Assembly: GCF_023585745.1 (NCBI RefSeq)
Contig: NZ_CP097762.1
Coordinates: 480,001-512,000 of the forward strand
Direction of reading: 5' to 3'
Length of the DNA: 32,000 nt
Source of the DNA: Candidatus Saccharimonadota bacterium
GTDB lineage: Bacteria; Pseudomonadota; Gammaproteobacteria; Enterobacterales; Enterobacteriaceae
Shown here: positions 1-10,799 of the stretch, piece after piece
Layout of the letters: every line of letters starts with the position of its first letter
Position numbering within the stretch: position 1 is the first letter of the stretch
Made by a program: the position numbers and the translations under genes
The notes under the pieces: model-generated
Databases searched by the model: none
Seen by the model: the letters and a program-made list of their open reading frames with translations, nothing else
What the model was told of the DNA's origin: nothing

Positions 1-479
1 ACATTTCCTCGACTAAATCGTTACCCCCGGAATATGTTAACATGATGCAAATTTACGTAAACACTAACTATCATTATTTTGTTAACACTGTAGCTACCGC
101 ACGTTGCAAAACTATAAATGATGTTAAAAAAATCGCTCAAGGCCATATATGGCTGGGACATGATGCAATACGTTATGGTTTAATAGACTGTATCGGAGAC
201 CTAGATGATGCAATTAACACAGCTGCTAATTTAGCTAATTTAAAGGAGTACCAAATTAACTGGTATAAAGATCAAGCAAACTGGATCGATTCTTTAATGA
301 AAGCAACTAATAAAATTTTATTAAATATAATAACTGACCTATTCAACCAACATAATCTATTTACTAATTTCAATAAAAATATACAAATAAACTATTCTGA
401 CATAATCTCACCATTCAAATGGAATGATCCTAAAAATTGCTATGCCCTTTATTCAAATTATGACCCATTTATAAAATAA
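1..479 (+). CDS. sppA: Signal peptide peptidase SppA (protease IV), C-terminal part; the 5' end lies outside the window
   Basis: The frame is open from nt 3 to the TAA at 477-479. The translation (...SLPPEYVNMMQIYV...KIAQGHIWLGHDAIRYGLIDCIGDLDDAINTAANLA...WNDPKNCYAL) parallels the C-terminus of E. coli SppA as I recall it ([29 protein letters not shown]...FNDPQNRYAF). Confidence 0.9.
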   Translation, partial: ISSTKSLPPEYVNMMQIYVNTNYHYFVNTVATARCKTINDVKKIAQGHIWLGHDAIRYGLIDCIGDLDDAINTAANLANLKEYQINWYKDQANWIDSLMKATNKILLNIITDLFNQHNLFTNFNKNIQINYSDIISPFKWNDPKNCYALYSNYDPFIK

Positions 480-828
480 ATGATTCATAAAAACATTTTT
501 ATACAAAAACTATACATATCACATCGATATCATACAATGTACTTGTATATAATATTTATATAATCTGAAACAAAATTTTCACACATGATTTTCATTTATT
601 AAAAAGTATAATACAATACCAAATTGGTAAAATATTTACTATTAAACTCTAATAAAGATACAAATAAACAGTCAAAACACTATTGACATGTTTATATAAC
701 ACCTATATTAAATAGCATCTTTAAGATCTAATAAACTGGATGACATTTTTATATGGTCTACATAAAAATGTTTTTTAGACAAAAATAATATCATACAATA
801 TATTTTGATTAAAATAGGAGTAAAATCT

Positions 829-1827
829 ATGGTAGTAAAAATAGGTATTAATGGATTTGGTAGAATAGGTCGAGTAATTTTTAGAAACGCACAAGATAGA
901 AAAGACGTAGAAATTGTAGCTATTAATGATATACTAAGCATTGAACATATAGCATATCTACTAAAATATGACTCCACCCATGGAAAATTTAATGGAACTA
1001 TTTATACAAAAAAAAATTGTTTAATTATAAATAATAAAGTTGTTCATTATACCTCAGAAAAAGACCCAAAAAAATTATTTTGGAAAAAATTTCATGTAGA
1101 TGTTGTTGCTGAATCCACAGGAGCTTTTCTAACTCAAGAAAAATCTTACGGACATATACTATCTGGCGCCCAAAAGGTAATACTAACAGCACCACCAAAA
1201 GATAATACTCCTATGTTTGTTATGGGAGTAAACCATAACTTATATAATGGAGAAAAAATAATATCTAACGCATCATGTACCACTAATTGTTTAGCACCTT
1301 TAGCAAAAACTGTCCATGAAAATTTCGAAATCACTGAAGGCATGATGACTACTGTACATGCAGTCACTGCTACTCAAAAGACTGTAGATGCTCCAACACA
1401 TAAAGATTGGAAAATTGGACGCAGCGCATACCAAAATATAATACCATCTTCTACTGGAGCAACTCAAGCTTTAGGAAAAGTGATTACAGAATTATCTGGA
1501 AAATTAATAGGAATGTCATTCAGAGTACCTGTGGCAAATGTATCTGTTGTAGATTTAACTGTACATTTAAAAAAATCCACATCTTATAAAGATATTTGCG
1601 ACGCAATACAACATGCCGCTCAAAACCAATTAAAGGGTATTATGGGGTATACCAATGAAAAATTAGTATCTAGTGATTTTAATGGAGAAAAATTAATTTC
1701 TATATTTGACGCGCACACTAGTCTAGCATTAAATAACAATTTTTTTAAGTTAATATCTTGGTATGATAACGAGACAGGATATTCTGATAAAATATTAGAT
1801 TTAAGCGTATTTATTTCTAATAAATAA
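829..1827 (+). CDS. gapA: Glyceraldehyde-3-phosphate dehydrogenase A
   Basis: Track ORF 805..1827. I moved the start to ATG 829 ([15 protein letters not shown]), which has AGGAG at 816-820, 8 nt upstream. This gives 332 aa versus 331 in E. coli GapA. Similarity is full length, including the NAD-binding [10 protein letters not shown], the catalytic [12 protein letters not shown], and WYDNETGYS near the C-terminus. Confidence 0.97.
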   Translation: MVVKIGINGFGRIGRVIFRNAQDRKDVEIVAINDILSIEHIAYLLKYDSTHGKFNGTIYTKKNCLIINNKVVHYTSEKDPKKLFWKKFHVDVVAESTGAFLTQEKSYGHILSGAQKVILTAPPKDNTPMFVMGVNHNLYNGEKIISNASCTTNCLAPLAKTVHENFEITEGMMTTVHAVTATQKTVDAPTHKDWKIGRSAYQNIIPSSTGATQALGKVITELSGKLIGMSFRVPVANVSVVDLTVHLKKSTSYKDICDAIQHAAQNQLKGIMGYTNEKLVSSDFNGEKLISIFDAHTSLALNNNFFKLISWYDNETGYSDKILDLSVFISNK

Positions 1828-2147
1828 ACTTATATTTAATATAAATACAAATAATAATACCGTTAATTTTATATTTTTATAACTTTTAAAATTAAATAAA
1901 ATAATATATAAAATAAACCAAATTAATTCTTTGCATTTTATATAAAAAATTTAATCTTTGATACTTTAAAAAATTTTTTATAACACATAATAAACATGTG
2001 CTACTATACAATTTAAGATACAAAATAAAATGGTATAATATTTTTATACATGCAGCAAGTGAAATAATATGAAAACATTTATCTAAATTAGATAATTTTA
2101 AAAAATTCCTATATCACGTTAATATAATTAATTTTAGATGATGGTCT

Positions 2148-2681
2148 ATGCTGTTGTTCTTACGTAACTGTTCTAAAATTAGAAAATACTGGTTTTTATT
2201 AATTCTAACAATTATTACCTTAGAATTAACTGCTTTATATCTACAACATATCTCTATATTTATACCCTGTATATTATGTATATATCAAAGATGCGCTTTG
2301 GGCGGCATAGGAATTGCAGGTATAATAGCAATAATTTCCCCAAAAATTTATATTATAAGAATGTTAGCTGTATGTATTTGGATATACAGCGCTTGGAAAG
2401 GTTTTTTACTAGCTAAAGAACAAATCAATATACAATCAAACCCCTCCCCATTTCTTACATGTGACCTATTTGTCCAATTTCCTAACTGGATCCCCTTAAA
2501 CAAATGGTGGCCTAACGTATTTGAAGGACAAGGAGACTGTGCTACAAATACACAACATTTTCTATTCCTAGAAATATCTCAATGGATGATAATAATTTTT
2601 ACCAGCTATTTACTAATATCAATACTAATATTTCTCTCACACATCCTTCACACAAAAAAAAGAAAAAACCCATTACTATAG
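2148..2681 (+). CDS. dsbB: Disulfide bond formation protein B
   Basis: 177 aa. MLLFLRNCS...LELTALYLQHI...PCILCIYQRCAL...SPFLTCD...GDCA parallels E. coli DsbB (MLRFLNQCS...LELTALWFQHV...PCVLCIYERCAL...SPFATCD...GDCA). Both cysteine pairs are conserved. Confidence 0.95.
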   Translation: MLLFLRNCSKIRKYWFLLILTIITLELTALYLQHISIFIPCILCIYQRCALGGIGIAGIIAIISPKIYIIRMLAVCIWIYSAWKGFLLAKEQINIQSNPSPFLTCDLFVQFPNWIPLNKWWPNVFEGQGDCATNTQHFLFLEISQWMIIIFTSYLLISILIFLSHILHTKKRKNPLL

Positions 2682-3058
2682 ATAAAACACACTCCATAAA
2701 AATTATTTATTTAATATTTTTTTAAAATAAACAACACTAATTGTACAATATAACTAATATATTTCGATACCAAAATATAAATTTTAAAAACATTTTTGTA
2801 AAAAGCTGATCTATTTAAAAAAAACTATAATAATATTATACAATGACTTATAAAGTAAAAAATCTACATTGTTAAATAACATTTAAATAAAAACAAATTA
2901 GTACTATTATTCTATATAATATGATATTCTTATTCAGTAGAATATACACCAAAATTTACTATTAACTATTAAAATAATTAATTATATATTATGTACACTT
3001 AATAAGTTACTATTAAATTGCATGTTTCTGCAACATACAAAACTGTGAAAAAATTAAT

Positions 3059-3739
3059 GTGTCTATTAGCATAAAAACAACCAACTTCTCCTTATTAGTA
3101 GTGCATATTTACAGCGCATGCTTAAAAACAATAAAAATTTCATTAATAGAAAAAATCAAAAAAGCGCCATATTTTTTATCAGAAAATACACCAGTTTTAA
3201 TAAATGTTGAAAATCTCAACCATCAAAGCAACTGGCATGCTATATATCAAATAATATCAGATTCTGGATTGTTAATAGTTGGAGTATGTTGTTGTTACAA
3301 CGAAAAATTAAAAGAAATTATTGCTTCTAGTGGTATACCAATTTTCCCTAAACAAAATAATTATATTATAGGAAATAACTTAACAAAAAAACATAAAGAT
3401 AATTCAATTAATTACAAAACAAAATTAATTAATACACCAATACGATCTGGACAAAAAATATACGCTCGTCTCAGGGACCTCATTATTGTAGCAAATGTTA
3501 ACGCAGGAGCAGAAATTATCTCTGATGGTAATATACATATATATGGAACAATGCGGGGACGTGTATTAGCAGGCGCATCTGGAAATAAAGAATCTCAAAT
3601 ATTCTGCACCCATTTATCTCCAGAATTAGTGTCTATTGGCGGGAAATATTGGCTCAACGATCAAATCCCGCAAGAATTTTCAGGAAAATCAGTTAGACTC
3701 AGTCTAAAAAACAACAAACTTATCATTCAAAATTTATAA
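3059..3739 (+). CDS. minC: Septum site-determining protein MinC (GTG start)
   Basis: 226 aa with a GTG start at 3059. The C-terminal domain (TPIRSGQKIYA...AGAEIISDGNIHIYGTMRGRVLAGASGNKESQIFC...ELVSIGGKYWLNDQIP) closely matches E. coli MinC. minD and minE follow immediately, as in the minCDE operon. Confidence 0.93.
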   Translation: MSISIKTTNFSLLVVHIYSACLKTIKISLIEKIKKAPYFLSENTPVLINVENLNHQSNWHAIYQIISDSGLLIVGVCCCYNEKLKEIIASSGIPIFPKQNNYIIGNNLTKKHKDNSINYKTKLINTPIRSGQKIYARLRDLIIVANVNAGAEIISDGNIHIYGTMRGRVLAGASGNKESQIFCTHLSPELVSIGGKYWLNDQIPQEFSGKSVRLSLKNNKLIIQNL

Positions 3740-3755
3740 TACTCGGAATGTATGC

Positions 3756-4571
3756 ATGACCAGAATCATAGTTATAACATCAGGTAAAGGTGGTGTAGGA
3801 AAAACAACATCAAGCGCTGCGATTGCTACCGGATTAGCATTAAAAGGTAAAAAAACCGCTGTAATTGATTTTGATATCGGACTTCGAAATCTTGATTTAA
3901 TTATGGGATGTGAACGTAGAGTGGTATATGATTTCATCAATGTCATACAGGGAGATGCTACACTAAATCAAGCTTTAATTAAAGATAAACATACTGCGCA
4001 TTTATATATTTTACCTGCTTCACAAACAAAAGATAAAAACTCTTTAACTCTAATAGGAATAAAAGAAATATTTAATAATCTTAATAAAATGAATTTTGAA
4101 TTTATAATATGTGACTCACCAGCAGGAATAGATAGTGGTGCTTTAGCCGCTTTATATTTTGCTGATGAAGCTATAATAACCACTAATCCAGAAGTTTCTT
4201 CAGTACATGATTCAGATCGTATGCTAGGTCTTTTATCATCAAAATCTAAACGCGCCGAAAATAATATAGAAGAATCTATAAAAGAATATCTATTATTGAC
4301 CCGATATAACCCCGATCGCGTTAAAAACGGAGATATGTTAAGTTTAGAGGATGTAATGGAAATACTAAGAATACCTTTAATAGGAGTAATACCTGAAGAT
4401 AAATCAGTACTAAGAGCATCTAATCAGGGCACGCCTATTATTTTAGACAAAGCATCAAAAGCGGGGCACGCATATTCAGATACAGTGAAGCGCTTATTAG
4501 GCGAATCATGCCCATTCAGATTTACTGAAGAAAAAAAAATAAGCTTCCTTAAGCGAATTTTTGGAAGGTAA
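3756..4571 (+). CDS. minD: Septum site-determining ATPase MinD
   Basis: 271 aa. MTRIIVITSGKGGVGKTTSSAAIATGLALKGKKTAVIDFDIGLRNLDLIMGCERRVVYDF is almost identical to E. coli MinD, and the deviant Walker A motif is present. Confidence 0.98.
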   Translation: MTRIIVITSGKGGVGKTTSSAAIATGLALKGKKTAVIDFDIGLRNLDLIMGCERRVVYDFINVIQGDATLNQALIKDKHTAHLYILPASQTKDKNSLTLIGIKEIFNNLNKMNFEFIICDSPAGIDSGALAALYFADEAIITTNPEVSSVHDSDRMLGLLSSKSKRAENNIEESIKEYLLLTRYNPDRVKNGDMLSLEDVMEILRIPLIGVIPEDKSVLRASNQGTPIILDKASKAGHAYSDTVKRLLGESCPFRFTEEKKISFLKRIFGR

Positions 4572-4578
4572 TACTATT

Positions 4579-4851
4579 ATGGTATTATTAAATATCTTTT
4601 CCTTAAAAAGAAAAACACCAGCTAATATTGCTAAACAAAGATTAAAAAATATTATTTCTAAAAACTTAAAAAACAAAAATATTACAAATCCTTATTTCTT
4701 AGCTCAACTAAAACTTGATTTAATACAAGTAATAAATAAATATATACACAAACCACATGTACTCACAGTACGATTGGAACAAAAAGAAAATGATATATCT
4801 TTACTAAGATGCAAAATAATTATATTCGAAAAAAAAAGCAAAATTATTTAA
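4579..4851 (+). CDS. minE: Cell division topological specificity factor MinE
   Basis: Track ORF 4561..4851. I moved the start to ATG 4579 (MVLLNIFSLKRKTPANIAKQRL versus E. coli [22 protein letters not shown]). GGAAGG at 4563-4568 lies upstream. The product is 90 aa versus 88 in E. coli. Confidence 0.93.
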   Translation: MVLLNIFSLKRKTPANIAKQRLKNIISKNLKNKNITNPYFLAQLKLDLIQVINKYIHKPHVLTVRLEQKENDISLLRCKIIIFEKKSKII

Positions 4852-5192
4852 TTTAAAACAAACAATTTCATTAATAAATTAGACAATTAATATATCTTAT
4901 TATGTGCATATAATAAGCTAAAAGTACGATATTTCTTTACTTTTAAAAAACCACATACATCTAATTCACCAATAATAATGTATATTATACTGAACAAGTA
5001 TCACCAACAAACAAATTAATATCTCTATAAAATAATCAATACAACACTACGTACTATGTAGTTCTATAAAATTTTAGAAATCAACATCCTAAATTAAAAT
5101 ATAAAATTAAATATTCAATAAAATTATTATACATGAAATATATACACATAAATGCAATATATACAATAACTATTGTTCACATAAATAAACTA

Positions 5193-5900
5193 TTACTTCT
5201 TTATAATATTTAAATCACGCAAATACACAGGCCTTACTTGATAGGGTGTAATAAATCTCTTATTTTTCCAACTACACATGCCCACCAATAACATATCCTG
5301 CGCTTCAGGATACATAATGCTTCTTTTTAAGATAAATTCATTACATGCATTTATTTCTTGCAACACCAAATATTTATTCCAACCTGTTCCTACAAAACCC
5401 CAATTTCCTAAAAATAAATTACCAAAAAATAGCAATTTTTCTGCTATAAATTCCGCTTTTGACCGAAATTCATTAATATAGCTAACCCAACAATTACAAT
5501 CACTTAACTTATAATAATACGCCCAATATAATTCACCCATCTGCGCATCAATCACAGATATTACATGCTTAGTAGAAAAAATACGAAAAGCTCCTTGAGC
5601 TAATACCTCTAAAGACGATACTGCTACTAATGGCAAATCAGCACCTAACGCTAAACCTTGGGCTACACTTATTCCAACACGCACACCAACAAAACTCCCA
5701 GGACCTCTATTAAATATAATACAATCAAGGGATTTTAAATTAATACCAACCTCTATTAATAACGTATCAATCATACATAATATTTTTTCCGCATGTTTTC
5801 TAGCAGCTATTACCTTATTGCTATAAATATGATTATTAATCATTAAAGCAACAGAACATAAATCAGTAGTAGTATCAAAAGCTAAAATCCGAATTGGCAT
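5193..5900 (-). CDS. tsaB: tRNA t6A37 threonylcarbamoyl-transfer protein TsaB (YeaZ)
   Basis: 235 aa. IRILAFDTTTDLCSVAL...NRGPGSFVGVRVGISVAQGLALGADLPLVAVSSLEVLAQGA...VIDAQMGELYWA...VGTGW...PVYLR parallels E. coli YeaZ/TsaB over its whole length. Confidence 0.93.
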   Translation of the reverse strand: MPIRILAFDTTTDLCSVALMINNHIYSNKVIAARKHAEKILCMIDTLLIEVGINLKSLDCIIFNRGPGSFVGVRVGISVAQGLALGADLPLVAVSSLEVLAQGAFRIFSTKHVISVIDAQMGELYWAYYYKLSDCNCWVSYINEFRSKAEFIAEKLLFFGNLFLGNWGFVGTGWNKYLVLQEINACNEFILKRSIMYPEAQDMLLVGMCSWKNKRFITPYQVRPVYLRDLNIIKK

Positions 5901-6242
5901 ATTATTAAATGATTAAAACACAAATTATTAAAACAAATAATAAATTTTAAAGTATTTTTTTACAACACTAATTTAAAATATAAAATTTTATTGCAATTGT
6001 ATTCATAATATTGAACACATACAAAAATAAAATTCAAAATTAAAATATTTATTATTAGTAATATATAGTGTTCTCTGCAAACAAATACAATTTGTAAGTT
6101 TTACAATATATATACTATTTATTTACTGAGCAATAGCATGTATAATTACATATTTAATATCCAATTAAATAAATCATAAAAATAATGTTTCATCTCATTA
6201 AAGAAAATATATATATATTAATCACTGCAAGGTTTACGTTTA

Positions 6243-7631
6243 ATGCAAACACAGATTATAGAGTTATCGTATTATCCTGATATCACAGTTAATCTTTTTG
6301 CGCCTTTATCTCACATCAACTGGTCTATATTATTATATTCTGGAGATAATAATAAACATTTAGGTGGTAGATTCGATATATTAGTCACTAATCCCATTCT
6401 GACTCTAGTTTCTCAACATAACATTACTAAAATTTCATATAATAAAAAATACCACATTAGTAATATGAATCCATTTCTTTTGCTAAAAAAATATCTTCAT
6501 AATACCAATATACGCATACATAATGATTGTCACATACCTTTTCAAGGAGGATTATTAGGAGTATTTGGATATGATCTCATAAGATATATGGAAGAATCAA
6601 TTCCAACAATAGCACAAAACGACTTATTACTACCAGATATGGCGGTCGGGTTATATAAATGGGCTATCATAACAGATCATAAACTATACAAAAGCTATTT
6701 AGTTGCTCAAGATAATCCTAAAAAAATACTATCTTGGCTATATAATCAGAAATATATATATTATAAAAAAATTTTTTTAAAACAACAATTTAATATTAAA
6801 CAACCTTGGAAAAGCAATATAAATAAACACGAATATTCAAAAAAATTTGATATTATTAAAAATAATATAATTCTGGGAAATTGCTATCAAACATGTCTTG
6901 CTCAACGATTTTATACATTATATTCAGGTAATGAATGGTTAGCATTTCGCCATCTATTGCGTCACAATCACGCACCTTTTTCTGCTTTTATTAGGTTACC
7001 TAATAAAATTAGCATATTGAGTTTATCTCCAGAACGCTTTCTAAAATTACATAACTCCAAAATAAAAACACAACCAATCAAAGGAACATTACCAATATTA
7101 GAAAATAAACAGGATAATTTACAACAAATCATTAAACTATCACGCTCAAAAAAAAATCAAGCAGAAAACTTGATGATTGTTGATTTATTAAGAAATGATT
7201 TAGGAAAAGTATCTATACCAGGCAGTATTCGTGTCACTAAATTATTTGATATACAGTCATTTTCAGGAGTGCATCACATGGTTAGCACAATCACAGGAAT
7301 ACTGGAAAAACATTATTCCGCTTGCGACTTATTGAACGCGTGTTTTCCTGGTGGATCAATAACTGGCGCGCCAAAAATCCAAGCGATTAAATTAATCGAG
7401 CAATTAGAACCACAACGTCGAAATATTTGGTCAGGTAGTATTGGATATTTAAGTTACTGTGGTAATATGGATTCTAATATTGCAATTAGAACATTATTAA
7501 CTACAAAACAAAAAATATTCTGTTCTGTAGGAAGTGGTATTATTTTTGATAGCAAAAAAGATGCAGAATACCAAGAAATACAAGATAAAGCATTTACTCT
7601 ACTACAACCACTATTAGATAAATTTTATTAA
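6243..7631 (+). CDS. pabB: Aminodeoxychorismate synthase component I
   Basis: 462 aa. PFQGGLLGVFGYDL...LLPDMAVGLYKWAIITDH...GNCYQTCLAQRF...APFSAFIRL...ILSLSPERFLKL...IKTQPIKGTLP...AENLMIVDLLRNDLG...FPGGSITGAPKIQAIKLIEQLEPQRRNIWSGSIGYLSYCGNMDSNIAIRTL matches E. coli PabB motif for motif. It fits PabB better than TrpE in both length and N-terminus. Confidence 0.93.
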   Translation: MQTQIIELSYYPDITVNLFAPLSHINWSILLYSGDNNKHLGGRFDILVTNPILTLVSQHNITKISYNKKYHISNMNPFLLLKKYLHNTNIRIHNDCHIPFQGGLLGVFGYDLIRYMEESIPTIAQNDLLLPDMAVGLYKWAIITDHKLYKSYLVAQDNPKKILSWLYNQKYIYYKKIFLKQQFNIKQPWKSNINKHEYSKKFDIIKNNIILGNCYQTCLAQRFYTLYSGNEWLAFRHLLRHNHAPFSAFIRLPNKISILSLSPERFLKLHNSKIKTQPIKGTLPILENKQDNLQQIIKLSRSKKNQAENLMIVDLLRNDLGKVSIPGSIRVTKLFDIQSFSGVHHMVSTITGILEKHYSACDLLNACFPGGSITGAPKIQAIKLIEQLEPQRRNIWSGSIGYLSYCGNMDSNIAIRTLLTTKQKIFCSVGSGIIFDSKKDAEYQEIQDKAFTLLQPLLDKFY

Positions 7632-7692
7632 CAATAACTATTATAATAAATAAATTTTATTGTATTTAATACTAAAAATAAGATTGTCAATA

Positions 7693-9273
7693 CTAATTAG
7701 GTTTATTATTATTAATAAACCGCTCAATTTCAACTAATTCAATACGATATTCTATCATCTTTCTAATTATAAATTTCCATGTATTAATTATTAGTATATC
7801 ACCTTCTTTGGGTATATGATCACAACGAGATAATAACAATCCTGCTAAAGATACTATATGATCATCACAGCGATGTACTAAATCATATGTTTGTAAAGCT
7901 TGCTGCAAAGCATGTAAGTCCATACCACCTTTTGCTAACCAACCTGTTCCGTTGTTAATACTTTCAATTTCTGGAGTTTCATCTTCATCGGGAAATTCAC
8001 CCGCTATAGCTTCTAATACATCTAAAGGAGTAATTAAACCTTGTATAATACCAAATTCATTTGATACTATCACCATACTACCTTTTGCGCGACGTAATTC
8101 TCTTAATAAATTTAAAACATCTAAAGTTTCCGGAACTACGACAGGAGCGCTATCTGCAGCAAATTGCGCAACTTGCTCACCAAGAGAAATAGCCGCCATT
8201 AAATCTTTAGCGCGCACTATACCTATCAGTTGATCTAACTCACCATCACATACTGGAAACATATTATGTGGAGTATTCATTAATATAGAATATAATTCTT
8301 GCACGGGCTTTTGAGCATCTAACCATGAAATTTTATTTCTAGGAGTCATTATACTCCGTAAAGTACGAGAAGCCAATGATAATACTCCAGTAATCATATG
8401 ACGTTCTTCTTCAGCAAAATGCGTTTCTGATACAGACACAACAGAGCATTTCTCTGCAATAGGACTCCGTTCTGTCATATTATCTCCACCCATTAATCGC
8501 ATAATAGCTTCCGCTGTACGTTCTCGCATTGATGTAGTCGACTGATTTTTTATAAAATTACAATGAGCAATCTGATTAAATAATTCAATCAAAACAGAAA
8601 ATCCAATCGCAACATATAAATATCCTTTTGGAATATAAAAACCTATCCCTTCTGCAATTAAACTTAAACCAATAATTAATAAAAAACTTAAACATAAAAC
8701 TACTACAGTTTGATGATTACTAATAAAATTAATTAACACACGCGATAATAACACCATTAAAATTGTTGCAATCACTACTGATAATACCATTACTATTAAA
8801 TTTTCTACAGTACCAACTGCTGTTATTACTGCATCAATTGAAAAAATAGCATCAAATACCACAATTTGTATAATTACCACCCAAAAACTAGCATATCCAC
8901 GATGACTAGAATGATTATGAGATTTATGCTCTAATTGTTGATGTAATTCAGTAGTTGCTTTAAATAACAAAAAAATACCACCAAACAATAAGATTAAATC
9001 TCTTCCAGAAAATAAAAAAGAAAAAATTCTACACAAAGGATGGGTAAGCGTTGCCAACCATGAAATTAAAGACAATAATCCTACACGCATTATTAATGCA
9101 AAAGTCAACCCAATAATACACGCACGTTCACGCTGCTTTTTCGGTAATTTATCAGCTAAAATAGTAATAAATATTAAATTATCAACACCTAATACAATTT
9201 CTAAAATTACTAAAGTTAATAATCCGACCCACATCGATATGTCTGTTAAAAAATCCATAATTCTATTCTCCAT
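7693..9273 (-). CDS. yoaE: TerC-family integral membrane protein with CBS pair and CorC/HlyC transporter-associated domain (YoaE)
   Basis: 526 aa. MDFLTDISMWVGLLTLVILEIVLGVDNLIFITILADKLPKKQRE...GYASFWVVIIQIVVFDAIFSIDAVITAVG...AEEERHMITGVLSLASRTLRSIMTPR...ITPLDVLEAIAGEFPDEDETPEI is colinear with E. coli YoaE (518 aa). The start could alternatively be the ATG 15 nt downstream (9258). Confidence 0.93.
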   Translation of the reverse strand: MENRIMDFLTDISMWVGLLTLVILEIVLGVDNLIFITILADKLPKKQRERACIIGLTFALIMRVGLLSLISWLATLTHPLCRIFSFLFSGRDLILLFGGIFLLFKATTELHQQLEHKSHNHSSHRGYASFWVVIIQIVVFDAIFSIDAVITAVGTVENLIVMVLSVVIATILMVLLSRVLINFISNHQTVVVLCLSFLLIIGLSLIAEGIGFYIPKGYLYVAIGFSVLIELFNQIAHCNFIKNQSTTSMRERTAEAIMRLMGGDNMTERSPIAEKCSVVSVSETHFAEEERHMITGVLSLASRTLRSIMTPRNKISWLDAQKPVQELYSILMNTPHNMFPVCDGELDQLIGIVRAKDLMAAISLGEQVAQFAADSAPVVVPETLDVLNLLRELRRAKGSMVIVSNEFGIIQGLITPLDVLEAIAGEFPDEDETPEIESINNGTGWLAKGGMDLHALQQALQTYDLVHRCDDHIVSLAGLLLSRCDHIPKEGDILIINTWKFIIRKMIEYRIELVEIERFINNNKPN

Positions 9274-9766
9274 TAAATATTAAATAACAAACCACTATAT
9301 GATGTATTTATATTTAAAATATACATATTAAATAATCGATCACATAATTAATGACAAGAAATGAATTAAATAATAACTAATATAATTTAGTATCAGAGGA
9401 GGTTATTGCTCAAAGAATCAATATATAAAAATATCATATACCTATTATTTTATAGCATGCTATTATCATAATGTAGTACACAAAATACTTTTTATCAAAT
9501 ATTCTATTAATTAATAGAAATATAAAAAAATCAACTTTTATTGTGCTAAAAAACAGTATAATATACTTCATATTTTTATAATTTTTACTAATTAATTCAA
9601 TACATACTACGTATATATAAATAATTCAGATACAATAACAAAATATTGATATATTTTTATAAAGTTAATTTTCTATTAAAAATAAATAAAATAGTGAACT
9701 TTTATAAAGCAAACGCCTATTCTTAATAGAATAAATTTGCGCAAATCTATACAAGAGGACAATATA

Positions 9767-10741
9767 GTGACTATTGCTATCATACTAGGAGCTCATGGTA
9801 CTGTATCGGAACAATTAATTAGAACTGCAGAAATTATTGCAGGAAAACAAAAAAATGTAGCATGGGTTAATTTACTGCCTGAGGAAAATACTGAAATATT
9901 AATTAAAAAATATAATGAACATTTATCAAAACTTGATATAAATATTGGTCTATTATTTCTAATAGATACGTGGGGGGGCAGCCCTTTTAATGCTGCACAT
10001 AATATTATTTCATATAAAAAAAATTGTGATATAATCACTGGTGTTAATATACCCATGTTAATAGAAATATTTCTAGCACGAGAACATATAAATTCTCTCC
10101 AAAAATTAGTCAAAATTGCATTAACATCTGGAATAGAAAGTGTAAAATCCGTAAGATTTTCAGAAAATATCGACAATGAACATACAATACACGATGTTGA
10201 CAAACCCATTACTCAATTCGATATTTTAAATAAAAAAAATAGTAATAATATGCTCATTTGCATAGCACGTATAGATGATAGACTAATTCATGGACAAGTA
10301 GTAACGCGTTGGGTAAAAGAATATAATATTCAACGCATTATCGTAGTAAATGATAATATCGCTAAAGATTCAATTAGAAAAACTTTACTTACTCAAGTTA
10401 CCCCTCCCGGGGTGACCGCCCATGTATTAGATGTAGAAAAAACTATACGTGTATATAATAACCCAAAATATGCTGAAAATAGAGTAATTATGTTATTCAC
10501 AAATCCCACAGATGTCTTAAGATTAGTTGAAGGCGGAGTACCTATACGTTCAGTAAATATTGGAGGAATGGCATTTTATGAAAACAAAAAACAAATTAAC
10601 AATGTTATATCAGTAGATAAAAAAGATATAGAAGCTTTTAAAAAACTCGATACATATGGAATCGAATTAGAAGCACGTAAAGTACCATCAGATCCACCAA
10701 CAAAAATTATGCAAATAATAAATACAATAAATAACTTATAA
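9767..10741 (+). CDS. manX: Mannose PTS enzyme IIAB component (GTG start)
   Basis: The track ORF starts at TTG 9737. I prefer GTG 9767 (VTIAIILGAHG versus E. coli MTIAIVIGTHG), which has GAGGA at 9755-9759, 7 nt upstream. This gives 324 aa versus 323 in E. coli. Conserved segments include DTWGGSPFNAA and ARIDDRLIHGQVVTRW...LLTQVTPPGVTAHV...LFTNPTDVLRLVEGGV...VNIGGMAF. Confidence 0.95.
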   Translation: MTIAIILGAHGTVSEQLIRTAEIIAGKQKNVAWVNLLPEENTEILIKKYNEHLSKLDINIGLLFLIDTWGGSPFNAAHNIISYKKNCDIITGVNIPMLIEIFLAREHINSLQKLVKIALTSGIESVKSVRFSENIDNEHTIHDVDKPITQFDILNKKNSNNMLICIARIDDRLIHGQVVTRWVKEYNIQRIIVVNDNIAKDSIRKTLLTQVTPPGVTAHVLDVEKTIRVYNNPKYAENRVIMLFTNPTDVLRLVEGGVPIRSVNIGGMAFYENKKQINNVISVDKKDIEAFKKLDTYGIELEARKVPSDPPTKIMQIINTINNL

Positions 10742-10799
10742 CTAAGTTACCTACATAATATAAATATTATATTATTTTGTATATATTCAGGAAACCAAC

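Noticed and set aside
708-977. An 89-aa ORF on the minus strand overlapping the gapA start region.
   Set aside because: It is antisense to the gapA 5' end and leader and shows no recognisable similarity or ribosome-binding site.
2031-2039. An extended -10 element TGGTATAAT about 110 bp upstream of dsbB, plus other TATAAT-like hexamers and TTGACA hits (13421-13426, 28138-28143, minus strand 25825-25830).
   Set aside because: TATAAT-like hexamers occur constantly in this composition. Without transcript-start data, individual promoter calls cannot be supported.
9397-9402. A perfect AGGAGG in the yoaE/manX spacer, considered as the ribosome-binding site of an unannotated small gene.
   Set aside because: The nearest start (TTG 9406) is only 3 nt away and opens a roughly 21-codon frame with junk composition. 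It is probably a relic or chance.
9793-10209. A 138-aa ORF antisense to manX. Similar antisense ORFs lie at 10886..11131 (manY), 11720..12091 (manZ), 7952..8233 (yoaE), 17561..17779 (pykA), 3734..3946 and 3968..4183 (minD), 5278..5481 (tsaB), 14311..14610 (htpX), 22341..22577 (argS), 25149..25367 (murJ), 1146..1367 and 1407..1589 (gapA), 12776..13039 (cspC) and 31754..31936 (hisG).
   Set aside because: All lie entirely within, or overlap, strongly supported conserved genes, on the opposite strand or out of frame. I saw no Shine-Dalgarno sequences, the translations resemble nothing I recognise, and such shadow ORFs are expected opposite the less A+T-rich conserved genes.
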